Below, piece by piece: positions 9,234 to 18,031 of a stretch of 64,000 nucleotides of DNA. Source of the DNA: Thermodiscus sp. (lineage in GTDB: Archaea > Thermoproteota > Thermoprotei_A > Sulfolobales > Acidilobaceae). Below the pieces are notes generated by a model. It had not been told where the DNA came from. It did not search any database and saw only the letters and a list, made by a program, of their open reading frames with translations. The stretch covers positions 1,667 through 65,666 of the forward strand of contig WAKH01000004.1 in assembly GCA_015523485.1 (NCBI GenBank), read 5' to 3'. A program made the position numbers and the translations under genes. Position 1 is the first letter of the stretch. The number at the start of each line of letters is the position of its first letter.

Positions 9234-9852
9234 GTAATGCGATGGTAATCCCAGCTATTATGTCTCTGTCCTTAACAATCTCGGAGACATGGTTTATGCT
9301 AGATGTACCTGTAGTTCCCGTCTCGTCCACAATAAAGTACTCAATATCACTCTGTGAGAGAGATGCTACTGCCTCTATGAATCCGTGACCGTTACCTACG
9401 TAAACCTCGCTCGTCTTGGCTGGAATAGATTTAACGAGTTCTCGGATAGTTGAACCGACCATGTTGCAGTCTACCTTTGAAACAAACACTATTAGCGTAT
9501 CTCCAATACTGGCTATACCGCACTCCTTTCCTGGATCAATACCGAATATGAGTTTCTTGAAGCCTTTCCTAGGATAGGTAATTGCATACACGAGGGCTTT
9601 GACCGGGTCCTCTTCAGATATTAGCGGGCCATTGAAGCTTGACACAGCTCTCTCAAAGAACTTTTCCTCTGGCGAGTTTCTCTTAGGGAGAACTAGGATG
9701 TCAGCGTCTATGAATTCCTCCTGTCTTGGGAGGAGAATCCTGATTCCCTGTATCTCTAATAATTTCATGATCTGCTTGATGAAGCTTATTGACTCTGGGT
9801 CGCCGCGTAGCCATGCGATACTCCGCTTCGAGTACCACCACCCTCTATTCAT
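9181..9852 (-). CDS. Hypothetical protein with C-terminal RNase-H-fold (YqgF/RuvX-like) domain
   Basis: The order of blocks FGIDPGKECGIASIG ... EVYVGNGHG ... FIVDETGTT ... KDRDIIAGITIA mirrors the RuvX/YqgF acidic-residue blocks. The N-terminal ~95 aa are unassigned. Confidence 0.5.
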   Translation of the reverse strand: MNRGWWYSKRSIAWLRGDPESISFIKQIMKLLEIQGIRILLPRQEEFIDADILVLPKRNSPEEKFFERAVSSFNGPLISEEDPVKALVYAITYPRKGFKKLIFGIDPGKECGIASIGDTLIVFVSKVDCNMVGSTIRELVKSIPAKTSEVYVGNGHGFIEAVASLSQSDIEYFIVDETGTTGTSSINHVSEIVKDRDIIAGITIALRGAYGVKRINRDFYKEI

Positions 9853-9865
9853 TACTCTATTTGCT

Positions 9866-10825
9866 TCATTCTTGGTTCAACTTAACTAGCTCGATCGGGG
9901 GGCTATAAGCTATAGCATACGCTCCGTAGAGAGACTGTTGTTCAAGAAATGATGATTCAATTACTTTGAAGCGTAGATGCCTTCCAGCGAACTTATCAAG
10001 GTATCTCTGAATCCCGTCTAGGATCACCTCTTTGTGCCTTGCAAATAAGCCACCCGATAGGTAGACTACCTCGGGATCGTATGTGGATGCAATGCTAGCG
10101 ATTCCGGCCGCGTGGATTTTGTTTAAATAATCAACTACATGTAGTGCAAACGCGTCTCCCTTCTTGGCATATTCGTAGATGTCTCCAGTAGTGATATCAC
10201 CATTCCTCGCCTTATGGTATAGTTCAGTATCAAAACTCGTCGACGATGCCAGCGTCTTGGCAGTTCTCGGTATCCATCTACCGCCCGCTAATGCTTCCCA
10301 GTGTCCAACTCCCCCGCACCCACATTCCAGCCCGGAATCCACGTCTACCACGATGTGCCCGATCTCATGTGCATTTCCATTGGACCCTATGAGTAGTCTC
10401 CCATCTACGATAACGCCCCCGCCAATGCCAGTGCCGATGGTTACCAGAACCGCGTTTTTTAGGTCTTGCTTGACCAGTGCTTTCTCAGCCCATATGCCAG
10501 CGACTCCGTCGTTTGCAATGATCACATGACGCGTGTATCTCTTCACAACATCCGTAACATGGACTCTATCCTGATCGATGTTTGGCGGTTTTTCAAGTAC
10601 CCCTTCCCGATAATTAATTGGTCCTGGTGCTGCTATCCCTGCCTTCGCAATATAGGAGATACCTGTCCTCCCGAGTAGTTTTCCTATAACTTGGTCGATC
10701 GTTTTCTCGACGTTTGAGCGCGGCGTCCTTGCTCGTTCAACGTCTATGATTTCTCCGCGGTGATCAAATACTGCGGCAATGATCTTAGAGGCTCCTATAT
10801 CGAGGGCTAAAATGTAATCCGCCAT
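9866..10825 (-). CDS. glk: ROK-family ATP-dependent glucokinase/hexokinase
   Basis: LALDIGASKIIAAV (ATPase N-motif), TIGTGIGGGVIVDGRL, and the ROK zinc motif GHIVVD...CGCGGVGHWEALAGG. The track ORF extends to a GTG at 10906. The ATG at 10825 (MADYILALDIG) fits family N-termini and leaves room for the divergent promoter. Confidence 0.85.
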   Translation of the reverse strand: MADYILALDIGASKIIAAVFDHRGEIIDVERARTPRSNVEKTIDQVIGKLLGRTGISYIAKAGIAAPGPINYREGVLEKPPNIDQDRVHVTDVVKRYTRHVIIANDGVAGIWAEKALVKQDLKNAVLVTIGTGIGGGVIVDGRLLIGSNGNAHEIGHIVVDVDSGLECGCGGVGHWEALAGGRWIPRTAKTLASSTSFDTELYHKARNGDITTGDIYEYAKKGDAFALHVVDYLNKIHAAGIASIASTYDPEVVYLSGGLFARHKEVILDGIQRYLDKFAGRHLRFKVIESSFLEQQSLYGAYAIAYSPPIELVKLNQE

Positions 10826-10842
10826 AACCCAAACACCTTTAA

Positions 10843-10852
10843 CTATTATATC
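10843..10852 (-). promoter_or_regulatory. Candidate TATA box (GATATAATAG on minus strand) for glk
   Basis: Lies 18-27 nt upstream of the ATG at 10825, consistent with a leaderless or short-leader crenarchaeal transcript. Confidence 0.35.
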
Positions 10853-10891
10853 GAAGCCAGTCCGAGTAATAAGTGACTGCCCAGGTGATAA

Positions 10892-11596
10892 TTGTTGGCT
10901 AGCCACATCATAGTAAAACCAGGAGATATCGCTGAGAGTGTTGTAGCGGTCGGTGATCCGGGAAGGGCTACCCTCTTATCTCACTTACTGGACAATCCTA
11001 GACTCGTGAACGACAATCGGGGATTACTCGTTTATACGGGTGAATGGAGAGGTCGCAAAATAACAATTGCAACTCATGGCATGGGAGCGCCTTCAGCCGC
11101 GATAGTCTTCGAAGAGCTGGTGAAATCCGGGGCTAGAAGAATCGTGCGCTTCGGTACAGCTGGAGGAGTCGGTTCAAAAGTCGCGCCCGGCACAGTTGTA
11201 GTAGCAGACTCCGCGTCGGCGCTTATCGGGGGATGCGGTCTCGGTCAATATTTCAATGGTTTTATTCCTCCTATGGCGCCATCAATCGATTTGACAACCA
11301 AGTTGGTCGAGAAAATACGCGAGATGGAGACGGTGCATGTGGGACCCGTGTTCTGCAGTGATGCCTTCTACTCGGAAGACGAAGGGCTGGCTGGTAAGCT
11401 AGAGGAGCTGGGTGTCATAGCAATAGAGATGGAGACGGCTATATTGTACGCACTTGGCAAAGCAAGAGGGTTTGAGGCCTCCTCTGTATTGATAATAACT
11501 AACAGAATAGGTTCTACGGAATTCATCGACAAGGAGACCTTAACGAGGAAGGTGAAAAGTATAGCGCCAGCTATCTTCGACTCAATAATCGAGTAA
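10892..11596 (+). CDS. Purine nucleoside / 5'-methylthioadenosine phosphorylase (DeoD-type, PNP_UDP_1 family)
   Basis: VAVGDPGRATLLSHLL, THGMGAPSAAIVFEEL, VRFGTAGG and IEMETAILY. TTG start. Confidence 0.85.
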   Translation: MLASHIIVKPGDIAESVVAVGDPGRATLLSHLLDNPRLVNDNRGLLVYTGEWRGRKITIATHGMGAPSAAIVFEELVKSGARRIVRFGTAGGVGSKVAPGTVVVADSASALIGGCGLGQYFNGFIPPMAPSIDLTTKLVEKIREMETVHVGPVFCSDAFYSEDEGLAGKLEELGVIAIEMETAILYALGKARGFEASSVLIITNRIGSTEFIDKETLTRKVKSIAPAIFDSIIE

Positions 11597-12487
11597 TAGA
11601 GAGTCGGTGTGCAAGAGTCTCCTATCACTAATGTGCAGGATTCGCCCAGCACCTTCATCTTCTAATATCAAATGGCCTCCCCAGTATCCCGTTATTGTGA
11701 ATGTCTTGCCAGCTATGTTCTCTGGCTTGGCCTCCGGCATCTCCAATACGACACGTTGTTTCGAACTCACTACCCTGACTAGTTCCCCGCTCCAATCGAT
11801 TCCGACGGTTTTCGATATTCTCTCAGCTGCATTGCTGATTAGTGCTGCTACTTTGGGTAAATACACCTTCTTTGGTCGCCTCGACTTTACTTGTGATGCC
11901 AGGTTTTTCTTGCTTATTTGTATTTCCAGTTTACGTGCTTCGTATAGGCTGTCGACTACGTGTAGGATTGTAGCGATGTTATGCGCTTGTTCTGCGAGGC
12001 GCTCGTAGAATCTGAACTCCCTTGTTACACCAACCTTAACTCTTCCAGCACCAGCATCTGTTAGGTAAACGACGTAGTTTGTCCGACCCATGCTGTCAAT
12101 CTTCTTGCATATCTCTAGTGAATTGTGAGAGTGCGTGCTTATGCATAATTCGTAAAGAGCACGTATACTCCTCTTATGTTGTCTGCAGTAGGAATCGGTT
12201 TGTACAACGCAGTATAGTCTTTTCCACGGTTCGTCTTTCTGCCATAGCGGTCCGTCATGCCATCTACAATATGGCCTCCAGGGTAGGGGTGCTAACCTTA
12301 TTCTCTTATCTACGCCTTTGAACGCATCAGGTTGATCGAGTCTCTGTAGAACTAGATAGTCAGGCTCCACAATGTATTCCTTTATCGTCCATGTTTCTTT
12401 GCCAAGCAATCCACTGTACTCGAGGTCTAAGTCCCTATGCTTTGTTATCTTTTTCTGAACTAGTCTTAGAATCGCTCTATTACTCAA
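11582..12487 (-). CDS. Conserved hypothetical protein, DUF2797-like (Cys/His-rich segment plus VKVGVTR core)
   Basis: YCRWHDG...LYCVVQTDSYCRQHKRS is followed by YVVYLTDAGAGRVKVGVTREFRFYERLAEQAH. From memory this resembles DUF2797 and T5orf172/GIY-YIG-like cores. It overlaps the upstream kinase-like gene by 8 nt. Confidence 0.5.
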   Translation of the reverse strand: MSNRAILRLVQKKITKHRDLDLEYSGLLGKETWTIKEYIVEPDYLVLQRLDQPDAFKGVDKRIRLAPLPWRPYCRWHDGPLWQKDEPWKRLYCVVQTDSYCRQHKRSIRALYELCISTHSHNSLEICKKIDSMGRTNYVVYLTDAGAGRVKVGVTREFRFYERLAEQAHNIATILHVVDSLYEARKLEIQISKKNLASQVKSRRPKKVYLPKVAALISNAAERISKTVGIDWSGELVRVVSSKQRVVLEMPEAKPENIAGKTFTITGYWGGHLILEDEGAGRILHISDRRLLHTDSLLLDY

Positions 12488-13400
12488 GACTAAGCACCCT
12501 CTCTATTAAAGTACTGCCGATATCATGATACTCTTGAAGAGCCTTTATAGGAATCCATTCGAGACCCGTCTGGCGTGTCTTCTCGTAATAGTACTCGTAT
12601 AATATCCTCGCTAAATATAATGTATTTAATACATTTAAGTTAATACCTGAAGTGTTATAGGCAATAAATAATTCATTCACTAATAATTTTTTCAAATACT
12701 CCTTTTCAAAGAATATAACATGGGACATTTCAACAGCATACTCTATGCTACGAATTAATGATGCAATATCGTATTCGAGGCAAACGGGATCATTGATATC
12801 TGGCTCACCGCCTGGATCTAAAAAGTAAACCTTGTCGCCCAACACTATCTGGTATAGGTGGAGGTCGCCATGACCTGATACTCTCTCACAATCTTGAACC
12901 TCATATACGTAATTCACTAGCCTACTACATACATAGTTCACAAGGCGAAGCTCCCATCCCTGAGCAACTCTACGGGCCAGCTGACACCTTTCATTAACCG
13001 TCCGCTTTAAAGATGCAGGCGTTATTTTACTACTGCATTTTCTAAGGTTATCGTGGAAATCTCTAAGAGCCTCTCCTATCGATCTTACCAGGTTAATAGA
13101 ACCGTGGAAATCGCCTAGTGACAGTCTATATATCAACTCGTCAGCTGCAACTAGGCCTTCCACCATTTCAACGCATAAACTATCTGGTCCGATATAGAGT
13201 AGCTTTAAGCTCGGTACATGTTTGCTGCATCTACTGTAGTAATCTATGTATGAATCAATTAGGCTCGACTCGATATCGTAGAGGAGGATTATTTTATCGT
13301 TCTTCATGTGAATAATGATTCCTTTCTTATTTTCGGCAAGGATTGGTTCTATGTAATCATATTTGCCTGTGAGCGTGAGGTACTGGTATAGTGGGTTCAT
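12480..13400 (-). CDS. Putative small-molecule kinase, aminoglycoside-phosphotransferase/maltokinase-like fold
   Basis: The catalytic-loop-like SGHGDLHLYQIV and metal-binding-like FLDPGGEP resemble the Mak/APH motifs HGDLHxxQ and DFEGEP. Strongly AT-rich: 12601-12720 is 25/120 G+C by hand count. Confidence 0.5.
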   Translation of the reverse strand: MNPLYQYLTLTGKYDYIEPILAENKKGIIIHMKNDKIILLYDIESSLIDSYIDYYSRCSKHVPSLKLLYIGPDSLCVEMVEGLVAADELIYRLSLGDFHGSINLVRSIGEALRDFHDNLRKCSSKITPASLKRTVNERCQLARRVAQGWELRLVNYVCSRLVNYVYEVQDCERVSGHGDLHLYQIVLGDKVYFLDPGGEPDINDPVCLEYDIASLIRSIEYAVEMSHVIFFEKEYLKKLLVNELFIAYNTSGINLNVLNTLYLARILYEYYYEKTRQTGLEWIPIKALQEYHDIGSTLIERVLSLE

Positions 13401-13440
13401 TGCTCTAACCCTTGAATTTGTTAATACTTTGTACTCTCGA

Positions 13441-14001
13441 GTGGATAAGTGTCTTAGATGCCATAATTACAGTGTGGGTAGAGTCATGAAGCGTTGCCCC
13501 CTCTGTGGCCGTATACTTACAAGGTTGCGTAAGGATAGCAATGAGATTGTAATTCGGGGCTTATGCCCCGAAGATCGGGATAAGCTTATCAGGTTCTATG
13601 AGCAATTATCTGATGAGACCATCTATACCCGCTTCTTCTCGATCATTCGGTACTTTGACCCTTATGTTGATAAGCTTGTTTCATCTAGCGGTATACTTGC
13701 TATTGTGGCTGAGGAAGCTTCCTCGGGCGAGATAGTAGGCGTTGCTGAGCTCGTATTGGATAAAGAAGGCAGAGCTGAAGGCGGCATAATCGTGCTTGAA
13801 CGGATGCAAGGGAAAGGGATAGGTACCGCAATGGCTCTTTCCATGAAAGAATTAGCTAAAGAATACGGGATAAGGAAAGTCTATGGCTACATTCTGGCGG
13901 ATAACATTAAGGCATTGAGGCTAGTTAAGAAGCTAGGTGGGAGGCCGAAGAGCTACTACTCCTCTATGATATATGTCGAGATCCCTGTCGAGGATGGTTA
14001 A
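13441..14001 (+). CDS. GNAT-family N-acetyltransferase with possible N-terminal 4-Cys zinc ribbon
   Basis: Acetyl-CoA motif LERMQGKGIGTAMA in the GNAT core. A GTG at 13441 gives MDKCLRCHNYSVGRVMKRCPLCG (CxxC-x12-CxxC). ATG at 13486 is the alternative start. The track ORF begins at 13363. Confidence 0.72.
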   Translation: MDKCLRCHNYSVGRVMKRCPLCGRILTRLRKDSNEIVIRGLCPEDRDKLIRFYEQLSDETIYTRFFSIIRYFDPYVDKLVSSSGILAIVAEEASSGEIVGVAELVLDKEGRAEGGIIVLERMQGKGIGTAMALSMKELAKEYGIRKVYGYILADNIKALRLVKKLGGRPKSYYSSMIYVEIPVEDG

Positions 14002-14855
14002 CTGCATAGACCCTCTCTACCAAATATGTCCTTTAGCCTACCCTTCGTGTACGCGTAGACGTTGTGGGGATGTATTGATTCTAAGCTCAACACTTCAACC
14101 TCAATTATTGACTCCTCTGATATCGATCCGGCTAAGTCCCTAGCGATATTGCAAATAGATTCCCTCGCTATATCCTCCGCGAATTTTGGCCGTCTGTGTG
14201 CCTCTATCACCAGCCTCGCTTCCTGCTCCCTTTTCAGCATAGTGAATGCTGGTGCAGAGAAGCTCTTTGCTATGGCATTGGCGATTCTCTCAATCCTAAC
14301 CATCTCGCCAGTTGTAGTTACACGTCCTGAGACTAGGACTCTCTGCACGTGACTTGGCGTTAGCTTGCTTTCTCCAATAATGGATTCTATTGTTGACTGC
14401 GCGCTTGGGCATACACTCATACCTGCTACTGTTACTGAAACGGTCCAAAGCCTTGTGCCCTCTCTGCTCTTGCGCACTAGTATGTCAACATCAACTGGCT
14501 CGCGTCCTGTGATGTCATTGAATGATAGGTCTATGTAGTATGTGGTTCTCGCTCTTGCTTCAGCGTGGGAGGCGTAGTCATGCAGCTTTAGGAGGCGGGT
14601 TGCGACCATCTCTAGATACTCTTCGATACTATGGGCATCTGAAGGCGTGAGGAGTTCTGATACGGAGAGTGCTTCTATGTTTCTGGAAAGGTGGGCGCCC
14701 CGTCTGTCTCCGTCAATTGCTACTGTGACGTCCATGTTTAGGTCTAGTATGATCTCTCCTTTTGGGGTTTTCAGGTTGATCCTATGTTTTATGTTTTTAA
14801 ATCCTATTTTTTCTAGTGGTATTCTTAGTGTCGGTTCGAGGTCTTGTATTTCCAT
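13998..14855 (-). CDS. mptA: GTP cyclohydrolase, FolE2/MptA family (type IB/IV)
   Basis: IPLEKIGFKNIKHRINL...DGDRRGAHLSRNIE...MSVCPSAQ resembles the FolE2/MptA blocks (RVG..N...KGxHMSR...CPC). 31-nt overlap with the pheT stop. Confidence 0.65.
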   Translation of the reverse strand: MEIQDLEPTLRIPLEKIGFKNIKHRINLKTPKGEIILDLNMDVTVAIDGDRRGAHLSRNIEALSVSELLTPSDAHSIEEYLEMVATRLLKLHDYASHAEARARTTYYIDLSFNDITGREPVDVDILVRKSREGTRLWTVSVTVAGMSVCPSAQSTIESIIGESKLTPSHVQRVLVSGRVTTTGEMVRIERIANAIAKSFSAPAFTMLKREQEARLVIEAHRRPKFAEDIARESICNIARDLAGSISEESIIEVEVLSLESIHPHNVYAYTKGRLKDIFGREGLCS

Positions 14856-16486
14856 CTCGCTAACACCTCAACGTCGAGATCTGCTACGGCTATTGGGAAG
14901 GATATCTCTAGCTTCTCGAGGATCTCCGGGTTGACCTCACCCATTATCGCTAATTCCTCACCGTTGCTTGTGAGTAGTCTTGCTGCCCTACCCGTAATGA
15001 ATACTGGGTGGCTAGTTGGCTCCACTTTGAAATCGACATCCAGTATTCGGAGTATTGAGTATACTGATGCCTGTATGTCCTCATAACCTACCTCATCATC
15101 CATTATCAGTAGAGCCATGTGTAAGTGGTCTGTGGGCGGTGATCCTGGCTTAACTATCATTCCAATCTCGAATACCTTGACCGGCTTCCTAGCGTGTACG
15201 TTTTTAGCTGCAACTGACAGTAGTGACGGTATTAAGCTGGGTCTCAGCGCACTGTACTCGTATTGTACGGGATTCAGTATCTCCACTCTCTCATGGAAGT
15301 GAGTATAGTCGAGTAATTTTGGACTTATCAGTGTCAACTGGGTTACCTCTGTAAAGCCTAGGCCAATTGCTAGTTCCCTTAGAACTCGTGAGAGCCTTGA
15401 CTCGGGGAGTAGTTTACCGGGGCTTTCAACGACTGGTCTGTTGAATCCGAGGCTTTCATAGCCTAGAGCTATGGCTATATCCTCTATCAAGTCTACCTCG
15501 CGAATTATGTCTACTCTGAAGGGTGCAGGAGTCACAATTATCGAGTTCTCCTCGATAGTAACGTTGTGGAGCGTTCTCCCAAGGCTATCTGTTATGGATT
15601 CCAGGGATAGCTCTAATCCTAGGGTTTGTGTGACTAGTTGCCTTGTGATTCTTAGCGTCTTTGTTGTGAGTAATGGTGTTGTAACTTCTCCTTGTGGGGT
15701 GTAGATTTTGATACTCCCTATGTATGCTCCTTCTCGCTCGGTTAGGGCAGTGACAATAATGTCTAGAACCTTGTTAACGGTTTCTCTATGTGTTCCTGTT
15801 ACGTCTATGAATACGTGTTTGGTTCCTGGCTCGAGTCTGGTCACGTTAGAGTTGATTACTGGTGGGATGGCTATTATCTCCTCTCCAGAGTATAGTGCCG
15901 GGTGGGTCCCTCTATCCGTATTTAGGGATATGTTGCCGTATTTTTGACCTTGAGTTGTATTTTCTAATACTTGCCTTATAGAGTATCTCCTTGTATCATC
16001 TAGTGGGATCATGTCTGCGTCTAGCGACTCGTCTATATAGCGGAGATTCTTGCTAGGTAATTTGTCAAGATCGTGGATTCCTATTGCTACCTTACGCCGT
16101 CTCCTACCTATAGTGTCGTGTAGCTTCTCCTGGAATTGAATTAGCTCCTCCAAGAAGTCTTCATCTATATTGACATTGTACACGATAGCTGCTGCAATAT
16201 AGGGCCTAGTTGATGGCGGTCTTACTTCGAGAGAGTAACCGGAATCTATAATCTTCGGTTTCTTCCATCCTTTCCTTTTGCCTTGTAGCCCGTTTATGGC
16301 TCTAGCTAGGCCTTCGCTTATGTAGAGGTCTGGCCTATCAGGGTTTATCTCGACCTCGAGATCTTCATCTATAAGCTCGCTCTCACATTTTAGCTTGAAG
16401 AGTGTTTCCATTATTTCATCGAGGCTTAGCCCTGTTAGCTTTATTAGTTTCTCGGGTTTGAATCTTAATACGGGCATTCTTATCAC
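14825..16486 (-). CDS. pheT: Phenylalanyl-tRNA synthetase beta subunit
   Basis: Archaeal PheT N-terminus MPVLRFKPEKLIKLTGLSLDEIMETLFKLKCE plus B3/4 and B5 regions. Lies directly downstream of pheS. Confidence 0.9.
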   Translation of the reverse strand: MIRMPVLRFKPEKLIKLTGLSLDEIMETLFKLKCESELIDEDLEVEINPDRPDLYISEGLARAINGLQGKRKGWKKPKIIDSGYSLEVRPPSTRPYIAAAIVYNVNIDEDFLEELIQFQEKLHDTIGRRRRKVAIGIHDLDKLPSKNLRYIDESLDADMIPLDDTRRYSIRQVLENTTQGQKYGNISLNTDRGTHPALYSGEEIIAIPPVINSNVTRLEPGTKHVFIDVTGTHRETVNKVLDIIVTALTEREGAYIGSIKIYTPQGEVTTPLLTTKTLRITRQLVTQTLGLELSLESITDSLGRTLHNVTIEENSIIVTPAPFRVDIIREVDLIEDIAIALGYESLGFNRPVVESPGKLLPESRLSRVLRELAIGLGFTEVTQLTLISPKLLDYTHFHERVEILNPVQYEYSALRPSLIPSLLSVAAKNVHARKPVKVFEIGMIVKPGSPPTDHLHMALLIMDDEVGYEDIQASVYSILRILDVDFKVEPTSHPVFITGRAARLLTSNGEELAIMGEVNPEILEKLEISFPIAVADLDVEVLARWKYKTSNRH

Positions 16487-16487
16487 C

Positions 16488-17951
16488 TTAGATTAATTTA
16501 ATTTTGAAATTAAGTATTTTTCCTATGTCCCGCGTGTATAGGTCTCTGATATCAGTTATTCCCAGTACTGCGGCGGCGAATCTCTCGACTCCAAAACCCC
16601 AGGCACCTACAGGGTAATCTACGCCCGCAGCCTCCAATACTTCTGGCCTGAACAGGCCTGCTCCGAACAGCTCAAGCCATTTACCGTTGGGGAGTTGAAC
16701 GTAACCCTCCACGCTTGGTTCTGTGAAGGGGAAGTAGCCTGGTTTGAGTTTGAGTTTAAGGCCTAGTCTCCTAGCTACTTCCTCTAGTATGCCGATAAGG
16801 TCTCTGAAGGTGTAGCCGGGCCAACCCATTATCCCATCCAATTGGTGGAATTCGGGTAGGTGAGTGGCATCGACTACGTCGCTCCTGTATACTCTACCTA
16901 TGGTGAAGAATCTTATCGGGGGTTCTGGCTGTTGGGTGAGTACTCTTGCTGAAACGCTCGTGGTTTGGCTTCTCAGTAGGAGCCTCGCTGCTATCTCTGG
17001 ATTCCACTTGTAACCCCAGCCTTCTTCGTGTATTTTTGCAACACGTTCGACTACATCCTTGTACTCTGTTAGGTCGGCTCTACGTGGTTCTTTTATCCAA
17101 AGCGTGTCATGAATCTCTCGCGCAGGGTGATCTTGGGCTTGGAATAGGACATCGAAATTGAATAGCTCCATTTCAACGATTGGTCCTCTTACCTCAATGA
17201 ATCCAAGCTCTTTCATTATATCTCTTAGCATCTCTATGAATTCGACTAGGAAGTGTTTTCGGGCCGGATATATTCTCGGGGGTTCAGCTGATACGTCATA
17301 TGCTCTAAGCGCGACACGCCTCCATAAACCTGACGATATTAAGTTTGATGATAGCTTTGCTACTTCAACAACTGACTTTTCAAGTATCTTGTTTGGGGAG
17401 ACATTCAACTTGAACCTCATTCTTTTAATCTTCTTAATTTTTATTAAGCCTCTCTTTACTAGTTCTCCGGGAGGCTCGAAGGAGGGGTCCTCCCTTACCT
17501 TACGTAGCGCGGATCTTAGCTCGTCTAGGTCATCTAGTATCTTTTTTGGATCACCACTAAGCATAACAGTATTTCCTTCTATCGTTATGAAACCTTTTCT
17601 CTTGGCCTGGCCAATAGCGATACCGGACTCGTTGCCTAGCTCGGCTCTTATAGTATTGATGTCGAGACTACCGTTATGCTCGATTAACAGTTTAACTAGC
17701 TTTTCCTCAGGAAGACCTTCTTCTAGGGCTTTCAAGCCCTTATCTGTCAGGTGTGCTAATGACTCGATTTCTTCATCTATCTTAGCTAAACCTTTGCTGG
17801 AGAGAAGCATGATTAGACTGGCTAGCGAGGTTTTCTCTACATTGAGCTTTTCGGCTGCTTCTTCGATATAACCCTCTGTTACGCCCTTTTCCTGCATTTT
17901 CTTTAGTAGTTCATATTCGCTTTTACTTAGCCGGTATACTTGCTCGGCCAA
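16488..17951 (-). CDS. pheS: Phenylalanyl-tRNA synthetase alpha subunit
   Basis: Class II motifs FQAQDHPAREIHDT, RSQTTSV, GRVYRSD and GFGVERFA. Confidence 0.92.
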   Translation of the reverse strand: MAEQVYRLSKSEYELLKKMQEKGVTEGYIEEAAEKLNVEKTSLASLIMLLSSKGLAKIDEEIESLAHLTDKGLKALEEGLPEEKLVKLLIEHNGSLDINTIRAELGNESGIAIGQAKRKGFITIEGNTVMLSGDPKKILDDLDELRSALRKVREDPSFEPPGELVKRGLIKIKKIKRMRFKLNVSPNKILEKSVVEVAKLSSNLISSGLWRRVALRAYDVSAEPPRIYPARKHFLVEFIEMLRDIMKELGFIEVRGPIVEMELFNFDVLFQAQDHPAREIHDTLWIKEPRRADLTEYKDVVERVAKIHEEGWGYKWNPEIAARLLLRSQTTSVSARVLTQQPEPPIRFFTIGRVYRSDVVDATHLPEFHQLDGIMGWPGYTFRDLIGILEEVARRLGLKLKLKPGYFPFTEPSVEGYVQLPNGKWLELFGAGLFRPEVLEAAGVDYPVGAWGFGVERFAAAVLGITDIRDLYTRDIGKILNFKIKLI

Positions 17952-18031
17952 TGTAGTCCTTCCCTAACTCTTAAGGAGGATGTGGAAGAATTAAGGCTTG
18001 TACGTCTCGTGATCATAACTATTAAAAGATG

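Noticed and set aside
9181-9852. Considered that the 223-aa ORF upstream of the UbiD-like gene might be UbiX (flavin prenyltransferase).
   Set aside because: It has no GxSGAxxG-type flavoprotein motif or Rossmann-like N-terminus. The motif order fits RNase H/YqgF instead.
10892-11596. Possibility that the two PNP/UDP-family phosphorylases (1-263 and 10892-11596) are a recent duplication.
   Set aside because: The N-terminal sequences differ throughout apart from family motifs. They look like distinct subfamilies, one uridine-phosphorylase-like and one DeoD/MTAP-like.
17158-17871. 237-aa plus-strand ORF antisense to pheS.
   Set aside because: It has Ser/Leu/Ile-rich low-complexity translation and lies entirely inside a confidently identified gene. 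This is a typical antisense shadow ORF. The same applies to 25867-26361, 46172-46564, 45632-46081, 51112-51528 and 51594-52010.
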